A stretch of 64,000 bases of DNA from Lama glama. Its lineage: Eukaryota. Under the pieces are notes generated by a model. The model ran no database searches and had not been told where the DNA came from. It saw nothing but the letters and a program-made list of their open reading frames with translations. Each line of letters opens with the position of its first letter. Position 1 is the first letter of the stretch. The translations under genes and the position numbers were made by a program. Location: contig CM052832.1 of the NCBI GenBank assembly GCA_028534125.1, forward strand, positions 15,874,001-15,938,000. Reading direction: 5' to 3'. Below are positions 1 through 13,830 of this stretch, piece after piece.

Positions 1-1085
1 AATGGAATAAATAATACCTAAATATATAATATAAATGTATATAATATTTATATGTAAAATATATCTCATATAATTTATAGTAATATATTAAAATGTATTA
101 TGTGTGTGTGTATATATATATATACACACATACACCCAAATCTCACCCTGTGTGTGTGTGTATATATATATGCATATATATATATGGAATGAAATAGAAT
201 ACAGTGGAATAGAAAATACCAGCCTGCACTACGGTGGTGAGAGTAACTATAGTTTCATGAACTGTCTCAGTGAAGTGTATTTGTGTTTCTGTGTATTAGT
301 AGGTATATATGTATATATAATTAAAAAAAATTTTTGAAAAGCACTGATCCCTCTCCCTGAACTGAACTCCTGGTGCCCTTGCTCCCAAAGTAACCCAGAC
401 GTTTTCTCCTTTTGAGCTCCCCCGCCACCCTTAGACTCATCTAGAAGGAAAGGAGGCCTGAGCCAAACAATGGCCTTCCTTTAGGAAATGGCAAGTGATG
501 GAAAGGGGCCTTGCTCTTTTTTCCTGAAAATAACTGCTGGTTGGGGATTCCATACCGTGATCAACTCATCATTTTTCAGTTACATCGAATCCTTTATTTT
601 AATAATCATGTGCAGAAAAAATTGAATTGATTGTTGAATATCCTCCCACAAAAGAAACTTAAGCCTTAATTAAGCTTACACCAGCAAGTGATTACACCAG
701 CAAGTTGTACCAAACACTTAAGGAAAAAACAATTTTAATCCTACAGAAGTTCTTAGAGAATGTAAAAAAAAAGGATATATCCCCTACTCATTTTAGGAGG
801 CTTGTGTAACCTTTATACTAAAAACTTGACAAAGATAGTATAAGAAAGGAAAATTATAAGTCAGTCTCACCCTTGATACAAAAATCCTAAACACTTCAGA
901 TAGACTTTCACACAGGGAAGATAAATCTCACACTCAAATAAAAAGAGAAATCATTAACTTCTTGGGAAAGCAGGAGACTGTATAGTACCACTTTCCTTCT
1001 AAGGAAAAGAAAGGAGAAAATGTATATATCTGGAAGAGAAAAAAATCAGACAGCTTCCCTGTTTCTTTATTTAAAATATTAAAAA

Positions 1086-1295
1086 AAATTTTATTGAAGT
1101 GTAGTTAATTTACAATGTTAGTTTTAGCAAAGCAATTCAGTTACACATATACATATGTTTATTTTTTCAGATTCTTTTCCATTATAGCTTATTATAAGAA
1201 ATTGAATATAGTTCCCTGTGCTATACAGTGGGTCCTTGTTGTTTATCTACTTTATATATAGTCATGTGTATCTGTTAATCCCAAACTCCTAATTA
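1086..1295 (-). mobile_element. LINE-1 3' end (artiodactyl-type)
   Basis: TTTTATTGAAGTGTAGTTAATTTACAATGTT...TTCAGATTCTTTTCCATTATAG...ATAGTTCCCTGTGCTATACAGT. Shorter copies of the same terminus occur at about 10075-10175 and 26617-26665. Confidence 0.8.
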
Positions 1296-1547
1296 AAAAA
1301 ACAAAACAAAACCCCTTGGGGTGATGGGCTGTGGATCTCTTACTGAGGATGAGCAGCCTATTGAAACCTGTGTTCTGTACCGTGCACTTCAATCTGGTTA
1401 TTCTCAACTCTCTTCATGGAAATTCTCTCCTCAGCCTCATTTCTCACAAAGAATCACTCACTTTGAATCAGGTGAAATTATAATGCAACCACCTTAGAAA
1501 AATGAATGATAGAATGTGTGCTGGAATTAGTTGTTTTTCTTCTACTC

Positions 1548-1730
1548 CAGTGGTTCTCAAAATGTGGTCTCTGGACCAGCAGCTTCAATATCATCTAGAA
1601 ATGCATTAAAAATGCAGATTCTTAGGTCTGAACCCAGACCTTCTGAATCAGAAACTCTGGCCGTGGGACCCAGGAATCTGCATTTTTAACATGCCCTCCA
1701 AGGGATTCTGATGCACTCAAGTTTGGGACT
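1548..1730. mobile_element. MER5A-like hAT DNA transposon relic
   Basis: CAGTGGTTCTCAAAATGTGGTC...GAAATGCA...CCCAGACCTTCTGAATCAGAAACTCTGG...AATCTGCATTTTTAACA...GATTCTGATGCAC...AAGTTTGGGA. Confidence 0.8.
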
Positions 1731-2579
1731 GCCTGCTTGGATTCAACTGTTGTACACTCACAGATAAGACTCCATCTGGACCCATACCAGTGACAACTGG
1801 AAAAAACCTTTAGAAAAAATCAACAGCAAAATAAAATCCCATAGTTTTCTTCCTTTCTAATAGCTCTGGGTTTTCAGTACAAATAATTCTTTAATGACAA
1901 AGTTTTGAGGTAACTGGGAAAGATCAGAGGCAGGCAGGCTCCCATTGAGGTCCAAATAAAGACTTGTCTTACCTGGTTTTTTAGGATTAAAAACATTTAA
2001 AAAATTGTGGGCTCATTTTTAGGCTCAGCACGGAACCACCCTCCTTATGGTTCCATTCTCTCCTTGGTTCAGTCGTTAAACAGTCTCTCACTCTTTGCCT
2101 AGTAAAAAGCCAAGTAGAGCCATTTTATTCTCTGAGTATGAGAAGAGAGAAATGCCAACGATTCTTCTTCTGGTTTGACGGAAAAAATTTACAAGTAATT
2201 TTGGCTTCCTGCAGATGGAGATGTTAACAATATTATCATCAGAGCACTACATTATTAAGAAAGATGAGTGGTCAGAATTACAAATGTTTTACAGGTTAAA
2301 GGGTATTTTATCCAGTCTTGTCCGGAGTCTTTGAGGTCTCGGGATTTGACAAGTTATCCTTGTTAGATATATCATTGACAAAGACAGATTTTTGTTAAAA
2401 GATTTGTTCATTGTTCTCCCCAGCTCATGGACAGAAAAGAACGTCTTTTTTTTTTTCTTTCATATCTTAGAATTTTGTCACCTGCCTCTCAAGGCTAAGA
2501 ATTGAAATACCATCATTGGCATTGAGTTAAAAAGTGGGCTGACCCCTTGAGAGAGTCAAATTTATTTGTGCTGTCTTCA

Positions 2580-4355
2580 ATTTATTTGCTCAGTGTCTTG
2601 TAGTTTTCAGTGCATTGTTTTCTTTCACCTCCTTGGTTAGATTTATTCCTAGGTACTTTTTTCTTTTTGATGCAATTGTAAAAATGACTGTTTTTTAAAA
2701 TTTTGCTTTCTGATTGTTTGTTATTAGTGTTTAGAAATGTAACAGATTTCTATATACTAATTTTGTATCTTCACTGAATTCATTTATCGGTTCTAACGGT
2801 CTTTAGGTGAAGTCTTTCGGGTGTTCTATACATAGTATAATGTCATCTGCAAATAGTGACAGTTTTACTTCCTCCTTTTTAGTTTGGAAGCCTTTTATTT
2901 CCTTTTCTTGACTAATAGCTCTAGCTAGAACTTCCAACACTAGATTGAATAAAAGTGGTGAGAGTAGGCATCCTTGTCTTGTTCTTGATCTCAGAGGAAA
3001 TGCTTTCAGCTTTTCACCATATGAGCTATGGGTTTGTCATTTGTGGCCTTTATCATGTCGAATTACTTTCCATCTATACACACTTTGTTGAAAGCTTTTG
3101 TCATAAATGGATGTTGAGTTTTGTCAGGTGCTTTACCTGCATCTATTGAGATGATCATATGACTTTTATCCTTCTTTTGGTCAATGTGGTGTATCACATT
3201 GTTTGATTTACAGATGTTAAACCATCTTTGCATCCTGGAACAAATTCCACTTGATTCATCCCTAAACACATCCCTTTAATGTATTTTTGAATTCAGTTTG
3301 CTAACATTTTGTTGAAGATTTTTTGCATCCATGTTTATCAGGGATATTGCCCTGTAATTTTATTTTCTTTGTGGTGTCTTTGTCTAGTTTTGGTACCATG
3401 ATGATGCTGGCCTCATAACATGATTTTGGGAGTGTTCCTTCCTCTTCAGTTTTTTTAGGAATAATTTGAGAAAGATATGTAATAACTCTTCTTTAAATGT
3501 TTCATAGAATTTACCAGTAAAGCCATCTGAACCTGAACTTTTTTTTTAACTCCATAAACAATTTCATTACTAGTAACTGATCTATTCAGATTTTCTATTT
3601 CTTCATGATTCAGTCTTGGAAGATTGTATGTTTCTAGGAGTTTATCCATTTCTTCCATGTTGTCTAATTTATTGGCATATAAATGTTCATAATGTTCTCT
3701 TGGGTACCTTTATATTTCTGTGGTGCCAGTTGTAATTTCTCCACCTTATTTATTTGGGCCCTCTCTGATTTTTTTCTTGAGTCTGGCTAAGTGTTGATTT
3801 TGTTTATCTTTTCAAAGAACAAATTTTTAGTTTCATTAATCTTTTCTATTGTTTTTAAAAATCTCTATTTCATTGATTTCTGCTCTGATTATTATTATTT
3901 CCCTTCCTATACTAACTTTGGGCTTTACTTGTTCTTCTTTTTCTGATTCCTTTAGGTGTAACAGTAGGTTGTTTATTTGAGATTTTTCTTGTTTTTTTGG
4001 GTTAGACCTGTATCACTATGAACATCCCCCTTAGAACTACTTTTTCTGTGTCCCACAGATTTTGGATAGTTGTGTTTCTGTTGTCATTTGTCTCAAGGTA
4101 TTTTTTGGCTTCTTTGATTTCTTCATTGACCCATTGGTTGTTTAGTAGCATGTTGTTTAGTCTCCACGTGTGTGTGTGTATTTTGCAGTTTTTCCCTTGT
4201 AATTGATTACTAGTTTTATACTGTTGTGGTCCAAAATGATTTCAACCTTCTTAAATTTATTGAGACTTGTTTTGTCACCTAACATGTGATCTATTCTGGA
4301 GAATGTTCCATGTGCACTTGAAAAGAATGTGTGTTTAGCTGCTTTTGGATGGAAT
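2580..4355 (-). mobile_element. LINE-1 ORF2 fragment (endonuclease/RT region), degenerate
   Basis: Minus-strand translations HTFFSSAHGTFSRIDHML (EN), [26 protein letters not shown] and MQRWFNICKSNNVIHHI...MIISIDA (RT), broken by stops and frameshifts. Confidence 0.93.
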
Positions 4356-7300
4356 GGGCAAAGCAACTGGGCAGACATAAGGGTCATTGACGCAGATGGG
4401 TCAGGCATGTTGGTGATTAGGTAAGGATGCTGCAGCCCACTTGCAGTTGTTCCTCCTTCAGAATACACATCCTCTTTTTATCCAGGGAGACTTAAGGAGA
4501 GGAATGTGTGCAGATCCAGTGTATATTACTGCAATTTTACTTCACCTAAGGAACAGAAATGTATGTCTTTATTACTGGTGTGTGTATCTCTTCTCAAGCC
4601 TCCATCATTCCAACCATAATGCACCCCAATCATTCAATCCCGGTAGAAGTACATTTCAGGCCAGTTTTCAGAAAAGCAGGTTATAGGAGAACATAACCAG
4701 AAAAGCATTGTTCAAAAGAGCATATACCTATTTTCTGGTGTTCATGAAGCAATTAAACCTTAGACTAAACTAGTTAATAAATATTTGTAGCTACAGCTTT
4801 TGGTTCTCAGCTTAAGGAATATTTCCTTTTGTCCCTCAGTCTTAGGCTAATATTGATTGTGATTCTCTACAACCACCTGAAATTCATTCATTAAAAAGTC
4901 TTTTTTCTTATTTTTACAAAATTCCACAACACATACCTGATATCTTGTTATAAAATATCTTGTAGAAGAGTGGAGGGTAAAAGATCTCCCTTGTCACTTC
5001 CCCCTTCCCATTTAACTGCTTCCCAAAGGTGCACCGTGGCATCTATCCTGCTAGGACATTTCCTGTGCGTTTACATATTCAGGTGTATGGCAGGAAAAAT
5101 TCTCAGACAACTAGGATTGTTTTGTCTTTGTGCTCTAAAGACAGATAAGGCATTTCCCCTTCATGCCTTGGGTGAACACAGCAAAGCTATGAAGATTAAA
5201 AGGTTAAGCTCTTGAATTTAAAATTTACCTTTGGAAACCATGGTAGAAGCAAGATGAACAAAAGGCCTCGATTAGTAAATATCTGAAGTCAGTGCTTGTG
5301 CTGTAAGTGACGGATTTGGGAAGGACTCTGGATGACATTAGACCCAGTTTTCTTGCCTGGAGTTGATAAAAATCCATGGGTGGAGGAGACAGAGTGTCAG
5401 GGACTGCTCTGGAGGCCTTGATCCCTGTAATCCTTTTAAACTATGTCCCAGATGTTTTTGTTTTAGTTTAAATAACTTGAATTTAAAAAACTGATCTACT
5501 AAGTTAGGGGACAAAAAAGGACACAGTGTATTTGGTTGTGCTATCCTTGATATAGGACTCATTTGGTTTTCTGTTGCTGAAGCCCACAAATTCCACAGCT
5601 GAAACTTTTGATCTATTTTATGGTTTGAAATCAACTTTATTGAGATGTGATTTACATAAAACCAATGGAAACATTTAAAATATTCAGTTTGATGAGTTTT
5701 GGCAAAGGTATATATACACTGTGTAACCACCACCCCAATTGATACATAGAACATTTTTCTTATCTCAAAGGGTCTCCTTTTGCCCTTTTTTCAGTCAGTC
5801 CTCCTACCTTTTTGCATTCCCCTCTCTAAACACTTGCTAATTTGATGTCTAACACCATAAATTGATTTTGAAAAAAAAAAAGAATATTTTCCCCATCCTC
5901 AGACTCATTTTCTGGGAAGCAAACCTAAATGTAAATGTATACATTTAATCTAATTAAATAATCATAGGACATGCTTTTATTTTTTTTTAAAGTATTGGCT
6001 CTTGTAAACTTTAGACAATGCTGTAAATCATTTAACTTGGTTACTCCACTTACTCTCTTAGTAAAAATTTAAAATTTCTCCTCTGGAAAGCTAAGATCAA
6101 TAGTGATTATGTTCAACTATGAAGTTTCAACCTAAATGATTTTATAACTTTGGACTAATTTAAATTGAGTGAATTAATAGGTGAATTTTGATTACCTGCA
6201 AAATTCTTAAAAGAAAAGAATAATTCATAGAAACAAAGAAAAAAATTCTGAATTACCAAGCAGTTTTTATGTGTATACTTTTGTCCATACTTATTTTTTA
6301 CAAAACTCAATTTAAGTGGTAAACTTAATGTGGTACACACATTAGTGTATTGAACGAATAAGATTAAATATATTTTTAAAGCTGAAGTTGAGCTTTTAAA
6401 ATAATATTGTCATCTAACTATACATTTCTGTATATTTTAGACATATATAATGATTAATTAAAATTAATAAGCAAAAAAAGGAGAAGACTTGTTCAAAATT
6501 GGTCTTGGAATATTCATTGTGCTCTTGAAGAGAGGTAGAAAAGGGTTTTTTTCCCCTTGAGTGTAATCAGCTCAGCCAGCAGCAATTTCTTATCAGAATA
6601 CTCTTACTTAATATCTGGATAAATTTGAGTGCTTTCTGCTGACATTGTCATGTTCTTAAATCATTCTAAAACAAATAACCAAAAGTGTTTGAATTATGAG
6701 AGACCTAAAGCTTCTTGTAATTATTATGGTACCTTCTTCATATGTATTTAAAAATGGTTTATTGTCACTCTGGTTATTGGGACGGCGAAAGCTGTAACAA
6801 TTGCTCACTCTCAAGTACCTGTCCACTTATATTAATTAAGTGGTCAGTTTCCTCTGAAAATTCTTTTTTGTTGCCTTTGTGAAGCCTAAACTCTGAATTG
6901 AAAATATGAAAGCTGTCAAGCTATCTTTTACTTAAAAAAGAAAAAAACCAAAAAACCCCCCAAACCTTTTCCCATTAGGTAGCAACAACTACCCATTTGA
7001 CCACTAGGTAGCGCCAAAGGCTTAATCTTTCATCGTAAAATTAAGGTGGCCAGAAGTAATTAGGTACATTTGGCATGCTTTGTATACTTTAAATTAATTC
7101 TGTGCTATCAAAAGAGTTACTCTATGTATTGAATCCACAATGTGGAGAAAGCTGACAAAAAAACAGGAGCTCAACCTTTCCTTAATGAATCTTGTCCAAG
7201 TAAAAATATTGTTAATGTGTGTTTTAATGACTATGTTTCAGAAAGGGTAAAAGCATATTCTTGTTCATATTCCAAGCCTGGCATGGTGATTTGAATATAT

Positions 7301-10299
7301 TTATTTTAGAGAAGATTTTGTTTCTGGGTTTAAAATACCCTTGTCAAATGGCAGGAGTTCTAATCTGCACTTTTCAGACTGGACTAGAAGTCCTGGAGAG
7401 TTGCCAGCGCTCCTCACCGTCTAGAGTGTGTACTTACCTTCGGAGTAAGGGGTAGTCAGTCTTAGTGAAATTGTGAGCTCTCTAGATTCTAATCCTATTC
7501 TGATATTGTCGGTTACTGTGATAAATTAAACAGTGCCATCGGTCTTGTTACAAACTGATGTTTTCTCATGCTTGCCTGAAACTCTCTGCTATAAGCTGTC
7601 ATCAAAAAGTAGATCTTCTGAGAGAAATAACAGAAAAGGACAATTTGAGAGGCCCCGTGGAAATGACTATCAGGTTTTCTTGATTCTTGGTATTGCAGAG
7701 AGTAGAATTATGAGAACAAACTTACCAGTTTAAGCTGACATTGCCACCTCTTGACACTTGTCAAACTGTACCAGGGGACTTAAAAATTGGAATTTATAGG
7801 GCTGTTTCAGTACAGGAGCAGATGAAATCATTAATGTAGTCTACCAGCTGCAGATGAATGGAACAAGTAATAAGACTGAATCAAACTCTTAACCAATATT
7901 TAATTATAGTGATTTAATTATAGTTGTTTTAGGATATTATTTTAAATGTTCCATTTTCTGATGAGCATATGAGCAAACCAGTTTACTTTCTTATCTAGCT
8001 ATAATCCTCAACTTTAGCCTATGCTTGTGGAAACTGAAACCAAATGTTTTTTTGAATGGTGTCTTGTTCCAATAGAACCTCAGAATTCAGGAAAAAATAT
8101 CCTATGGTAATTCTTAATACAGACTACAGAGTATAAAAACTCAAGAAAAATTAAATATGTTGACTCTATTAATTGGAATTTTGACCCAAGCTTTTATAAT
8201 TTTTAAGTTTAGAAAAATCTCAGCTATCCTTTGTTAAAGGACATGGAGTCAAATCTTGTGAGTACCACACCTCTATAGACGATGACATATTTTTGTAGGC
8301 AGCATCACTGATGGAATATATGATTCTATAGAAATATATATATACACACATATATAAAAATAATATGGATTCCATAGGAATATATGATTCTAATGAATAC
8401 CCGGTGTGTAGTTCTTCCCTGCAAACACTATGTGGAGTACTTTTATGGGTTGCTTTATGTTTTTATGACAACGTAGTGATATGCAGTAGTTCATATCCCC
8501 AAATTTGGAATCCTGAGCATGCCAGAGATGTCACATTTAAAGGAACGTCTCATTTAATTGGGTATGACAAGTCACTAATAAGAGGAAAGACTGCAGTTTG
8601 TATTCGGAAACAAGGTCTGCAAAACCCTCTTAGCACACCAGCTCTAGTTTACTAAGTCCCCATCTGACAGGTGGGAAGGGATGTTAACTTCTGACAAGCC
8701 AGGATCACTGTGAACTTCAGGCATCTCAGAGAAAATGGGATTTCATCCACAGTTAAAAGCTCTATAAGCAGAGCTCTGAGAACATGGGTTGGGGAAGGGT
8801 TCTTGGAATCAGTGAACTGATGAGTGGTAATAAAATTATTTTTGGTTATCACAGGAGTAATTAAAACTATGACCTTAGGGCTAAAGCATTCCAGAAGATG
8901 TGAACTCTCTAGTCTTAATATCATAAGATATTTGTTTTGTTAACTACACAAGGAGCTTCATGTCTTAATCCTAAAACAGGCCAAACAAAAGAGCTTGTCA
9001 AATGAAAGATACTGAGAATGTTTCTGAAAAATCTTATTTGGTTAATCCTGTACCTTGGGGGTAGAAATTGTGCAGGAAAAATGTTTCAAAAGTTGGGAAT
9101 AAGGGAAAACTTTGCTTTCTTGATTATTTAACATCATACTTGAACATTTTCTCAGAATCCTGCCTGATCAAAATTCGAGTGTTTTAGGAGTTGTAACTTG
9201 ATTAAAAAGAACTCTGCTGGCCCTGTACTATTAGAGGTTAATCTGTAGAAAGCTGATAAGGAATGTTGGCTTTGCTTTTACTCTGGTAAAGAAGATAACT
9301 CCAAGGTTATGGTTTTATTGCTTTGTAGTGCATTAACCATTCTGTATCTCTAACACTGCAACTTTTCCTGACTATGTAAATCTTTGTTTTGCAAATACTC
9401 TTTGAATCCAGTCTCTGGTAGTCTTCCTGATTCCTCATTCATGAGTTTGGTAACACTTGGAAAAGTCTAATGAATACATTTCTCTCAGAATTAGGCTTTT
9501 GGAGTGGAAATGCTGGAACAACATATGAGAGGCTCATTATAAACAGATAAAACACACTCCCCAGAACAAGTCTGATAAGCCACTTCACTGTTGCTTCCAG
9601 GTGTTGCTCTTTGCTCTGTCGTTAGGGACGGGACTTCACTGCACTCACCACTGAAGACACTTCTAAGCCACTTCCGTTGCAGGAACTTCACCTTTTTTTT
9701 TTTTTTTATACCACTGCTTCTTCTAAAGCCAGTTGCTTTTTCTGTCACCTTTGCCAGTGAAATGAACACAGGGTGGATCCCCATTACCTTCCGTTGCTCA
9801 GTTTTGAAGTCTCAGGAGCATGAATTTGATTGGTGGGACTTAGGTCCTGTACTGGTGCCCTAGTGTCAAAGCGGGCTGGGGGGAGCGGGTTTTCTGAATT
9901 ATATTGTGGGGAGGCAGGACTAATAAGGTAGGGAAAATTTTTTACAGTATTCTAAAGTTTCGAATCTGATGGGACACATAACCAGAGTCCTTACATGAAA
10001 TGTGAGGTGCTGTATGGAATGGCTGCCGTGAATAAGGGCTTTGGTTCATGGGCTACCCAGTGGCTGTATTTTTTAAAATTGAAATATAGTCAGTTATAAT
10101 GTGTCAGTTTCTGGTGTACAGCATAATGTTTCAGTCATACATATGCATACACATATTTGTTTTCACATTCTTATATCAGTGGTTCTTAAAGTCCCATTAA
10201 CCCATGGACTCACTAGAAACAATAACATGACTGTTTTTGTTTTAAGCCACAAGGTTTAGGGGTGGTTTGCTCCACAACAATAGAAAACTAAAACAAATA

Positions 10300-13200
10300 T
10301 TGTGTATTTTTGCATGTGTCTGGCTTCTTCCCTCAGTATTATTTCTATGAGATTTATCCATGTTGTTGCATCAGTAATTCATTAATATGTTTTACTTATA
10401 CAGTATTCTAATGTATCAATATACTACATTTTATTTATCCCTTTACTGTTGAGGGACTGTTTTAGTAAGCCATTTGAGAAAATTTTTGGACATTATGACA
10501 CTTTACCTTGAAATAGATTGGCATGTGTATTTTAAGAATGAGGACATTTCTCCAACATGACCATTGTAACATCATCACCTCCAAGATACTTAACATTGAC
10601 ATACTATTATCAAATATACCATCTGTATTCAAATTTCCCCTATTGTCCCAATAATGCCCAATAGTAAATGTTTGTATTTTAAGCTGTTACGTTACGGTGT
10701 CATTTGTTACACAGCAATAGGTAACTAATGCAGGGGTATGACACAACAATAGATAACTAATCCAGTTATCTTCTTCCAGCAAAGATATTTTGGAGGATAC
10801 GGTGATTTTCGCTTCTCAGATTTCTCTATGTCTGCTCATATGTCCCCATTTCATATCTCAGGGCTCAAATCCATCCCAACCAGTGGCCTTACCTTAGTGG
10901 AGTTAAGCAATTAATTGCTCTACAACTTCACAACCTTTATCATCAAACCCTAGGTTTGGCTCCCATCTGTATCTGTGCTGGGTTACAGAAGAAAAGGTGT
11001 CCTTTAAAACTGCCTAGGATGTTTTTCACTTGATTAGGTGTCACAGAATTCTGTCTACAATGCCACACCAGTTTATATTTCCACAAGCAGAGCAGGGGGC
11101 TTCCTTCACCCCTGTTTCCTCACTAACATTTGTCATTATCTAACTGTCTAATGTTTTTCAGTCTATTAGTTATGAATTAATGTATACATTTGTTTTCCTG
11201 TGATTATTGTTGAGCTTATCTCTTCAAATGCTTGTTACCTTTTTGTTTTTCTCTTCTGTAAAGTCCATGTCTGTGTCCTTGGTGCATTTTTCTTTAGGAG
11301 TTGCCACATTTTTGTTGTTGATTTGCAGCAGTTCATTGTATATTCTCAATAATATCCCTGGTTGGTTTTAGACAATGCAAATACCCTCTCTTATTCTGTT
11401 ACTTGTTTATTAGAGTTGTCCTTTCTCTCTGTTTATTAAAAAACCCTTCAGTTTTGACATAATGAAATAATAAAATATTTCTCAGTATGATTTTGAGGGT
11501 TTTATATAAAGAAATCCTTCCCTGTCCCTGGTCACAAAGATAATTTTTATGTTTTGTTTTATTACAGTTAAAGCTTCACATTTTTCTTTTGTGGCTTCAC
11601 CTCACCTTAGCCTATTGTATGTGCCATTAGATCAGGATCCAGCTTTGTTTTTCTTTATATCAAGAGCCATTTTTTTCTAATAATATGTATTAAATAATCC
11701 ATAATGTCCCCATTATTTTATAGCAGAAACTTTATTCTATATTAGGTTCCTGTATATGTATGAGTTTGTCTCTCAGTGATTTCCATACCTCAGTTTGGAA
11801 TTCTGCTCCCTTATTAACTTACTAAAAGAAAAACAAAACTGCTGGATTCTTAGCATGTCTTTTTAATAATTATAGTTCCCTAGACTGTCTTAATGTTTCC
11901 TAAGACAAGTTTCCCCTTTATATTGTTCTTTCTTAAAGGCTTACTTAGCTATCTAAGGGCCTTTATTCTGTCATATATATTTTAGAGTAAATTTATAAAT
12001 TTCCTTGAAAAGATCAAATGGAGCTTCAATTAGGATTATATTCAATTTAAAGATTAAATTGGGGGCAACTGGATATCTTTATAAGATTATGATCCTAGCT
12101 GAGAATGCAAAATGACTCTGCATTATTTCAAATCATATTCAATGACTTTTTTAGAATTTTACATTTTCTACAATTTCTTAATTAAGTTAATCAGTAGATG
12201 CTTTATCGTTTTTTGGCTATTGTACATGATTTCTGATTTTTTATTGGTTTTTCTGGTGTAGGGAAATGCTGTGCATCTTTGTAAGTTGTTCTTATGGCTA
12301 AAAATCTTGAAAAAGTCTTTTGTTATTTTAGTAATTTGCTGCTTCTGTTGTTGTTTATCATTTCTAAGTAAATGATCCTATGATCTGAAAATAATAATAG
12401 TTTTATCCAGTCCTCTCATTCCTCTTTCTTCCTTACGCATTAGCCTGGATTCAGAGCTAGCAATTATAGTGAGCTTTCTTGTCTCGGACACCTAAAACTT
12501 TTCCTTATGTATGCTGCTTGTTATAGATTTCTAAGAATATAACCTTTACCAAGATAAGAAAAGTCGTATTTGATTCCTAGTTCCTTAACTGTTTTTCAAA
12601 AATCATAAATGCATATTTAACTATATAAAATGCCTCTTCTTAATTGATTGAGAAAAGCAGGTGATTTTTCCTCTTCAGTCTATGAGTATGGTGAATTATA
12701 GTAGTGTATTTTGTTATATTGAAGCATCCTTGCTTCTAAGAATTTCCCATATGCTCTTGATGAATTATTATTTTAATACCATGAAATTCAATTCATAAAA
12801 TAATGATTTATTTTTTCCCACTATGTGCAAGGTGAAATGGGCCTATTATTTTCTTTCCTTGAATTTCCTATACATCAGTTTGGAATCAAGATTATGCTGT
12901 CCTGATAAAATTAGCTGAGCAGCTTTTAATCTTTTAATCTATTCTGGAATAAAATACCTCAGATAAGAGCTGCATGTCCCTTGAATGTTTGCTGGAACTC
13001 ACCTGCAGAACTGTCTGGGCAGTTAAAAAAATTAATTTTACCAGAAGCCACTGGCAACTTTTTCCATTTCTTCATATTTACAGGTATAGTCAAGTTTTCT
13101 ATTTCTCCTTGTGCTACTTTTGGTAGATTAAATTTTTCTACGAATTTGCCTATCTCACCTAGGTTTTCAAATCCATTAGCATATACTTACTTATAATACC

Positions 13201-13830
13201 CTTTATTATGTCTCATATCTCTGTTGTATCTGTAGCTAGCCCCCTTTTTTTCATTCTGTATCTTGTTTATTCACTTTTCCTTCCCTTTATTCATGATCAG
13301 TCTTGCTTGAAGTCGGAATATCTTACAAAATTTTTTTAAGAAGCAGCTTTTGGTTTTGTGAATCGTCACTACATAAGTTTCTGTTCTCTATTAAATTGCT
13401 TTCTCTTCTTATCTTTGTAATTTCCTAACTTCTTGTTTCTTTAGGTTTGCTCACATGCTCTTTTTACAAATTTTTAGGAGAATTTTAAAGTCATTTATTT
13501 TTAACTTCTTTGCCCTAATAAATGTATATGAAGCTGTAAAATTCTGAATATTATTCTGCCCTACAAAATTTGCTGTTTATCACTTTTATTACCTAGTTCT
13601 AAATGAGTAAATTTCCTTTATGACTACCTTTTAAATCCATGTTACTTATCAACATTTTCTTAGTTTGCAAGCCATGAGGATTTTAGGTGTCCTTTTGTTT
13701 TCAAGCTCTAATCTAATACAGTATGGCTGCAAAATGTGGTTTCAAAGATTACACTTTTGGAGTTTGCTAGAGCATTCTTTATGGCATAATGCATATTCTA
13801 TTTCAGTAAATGTCCTGTGTGACTTGAAAA
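10300..13830 (-). mobile_element. Old LINE-1 (L1M-type) remnants with nested small repeats
   Basis: T-rich plus strand with recognisable antisense L1 ORF2/3'UTR phrases (TTATATTTCCACAAGCAG, TTGATTAGGATTATATT, GAAGCAGCTTTTGGTTTT). Boundaries approximate. Confidence 0.65.

Noticed and set aside
1800..4720. Possible ERV internal remnant flanking the L1 (about 1800-2570 and 4355-4720)
   Set aside because: Only a vague env-like hint (WICTH on the minus strand). Not supportable without a profile search.
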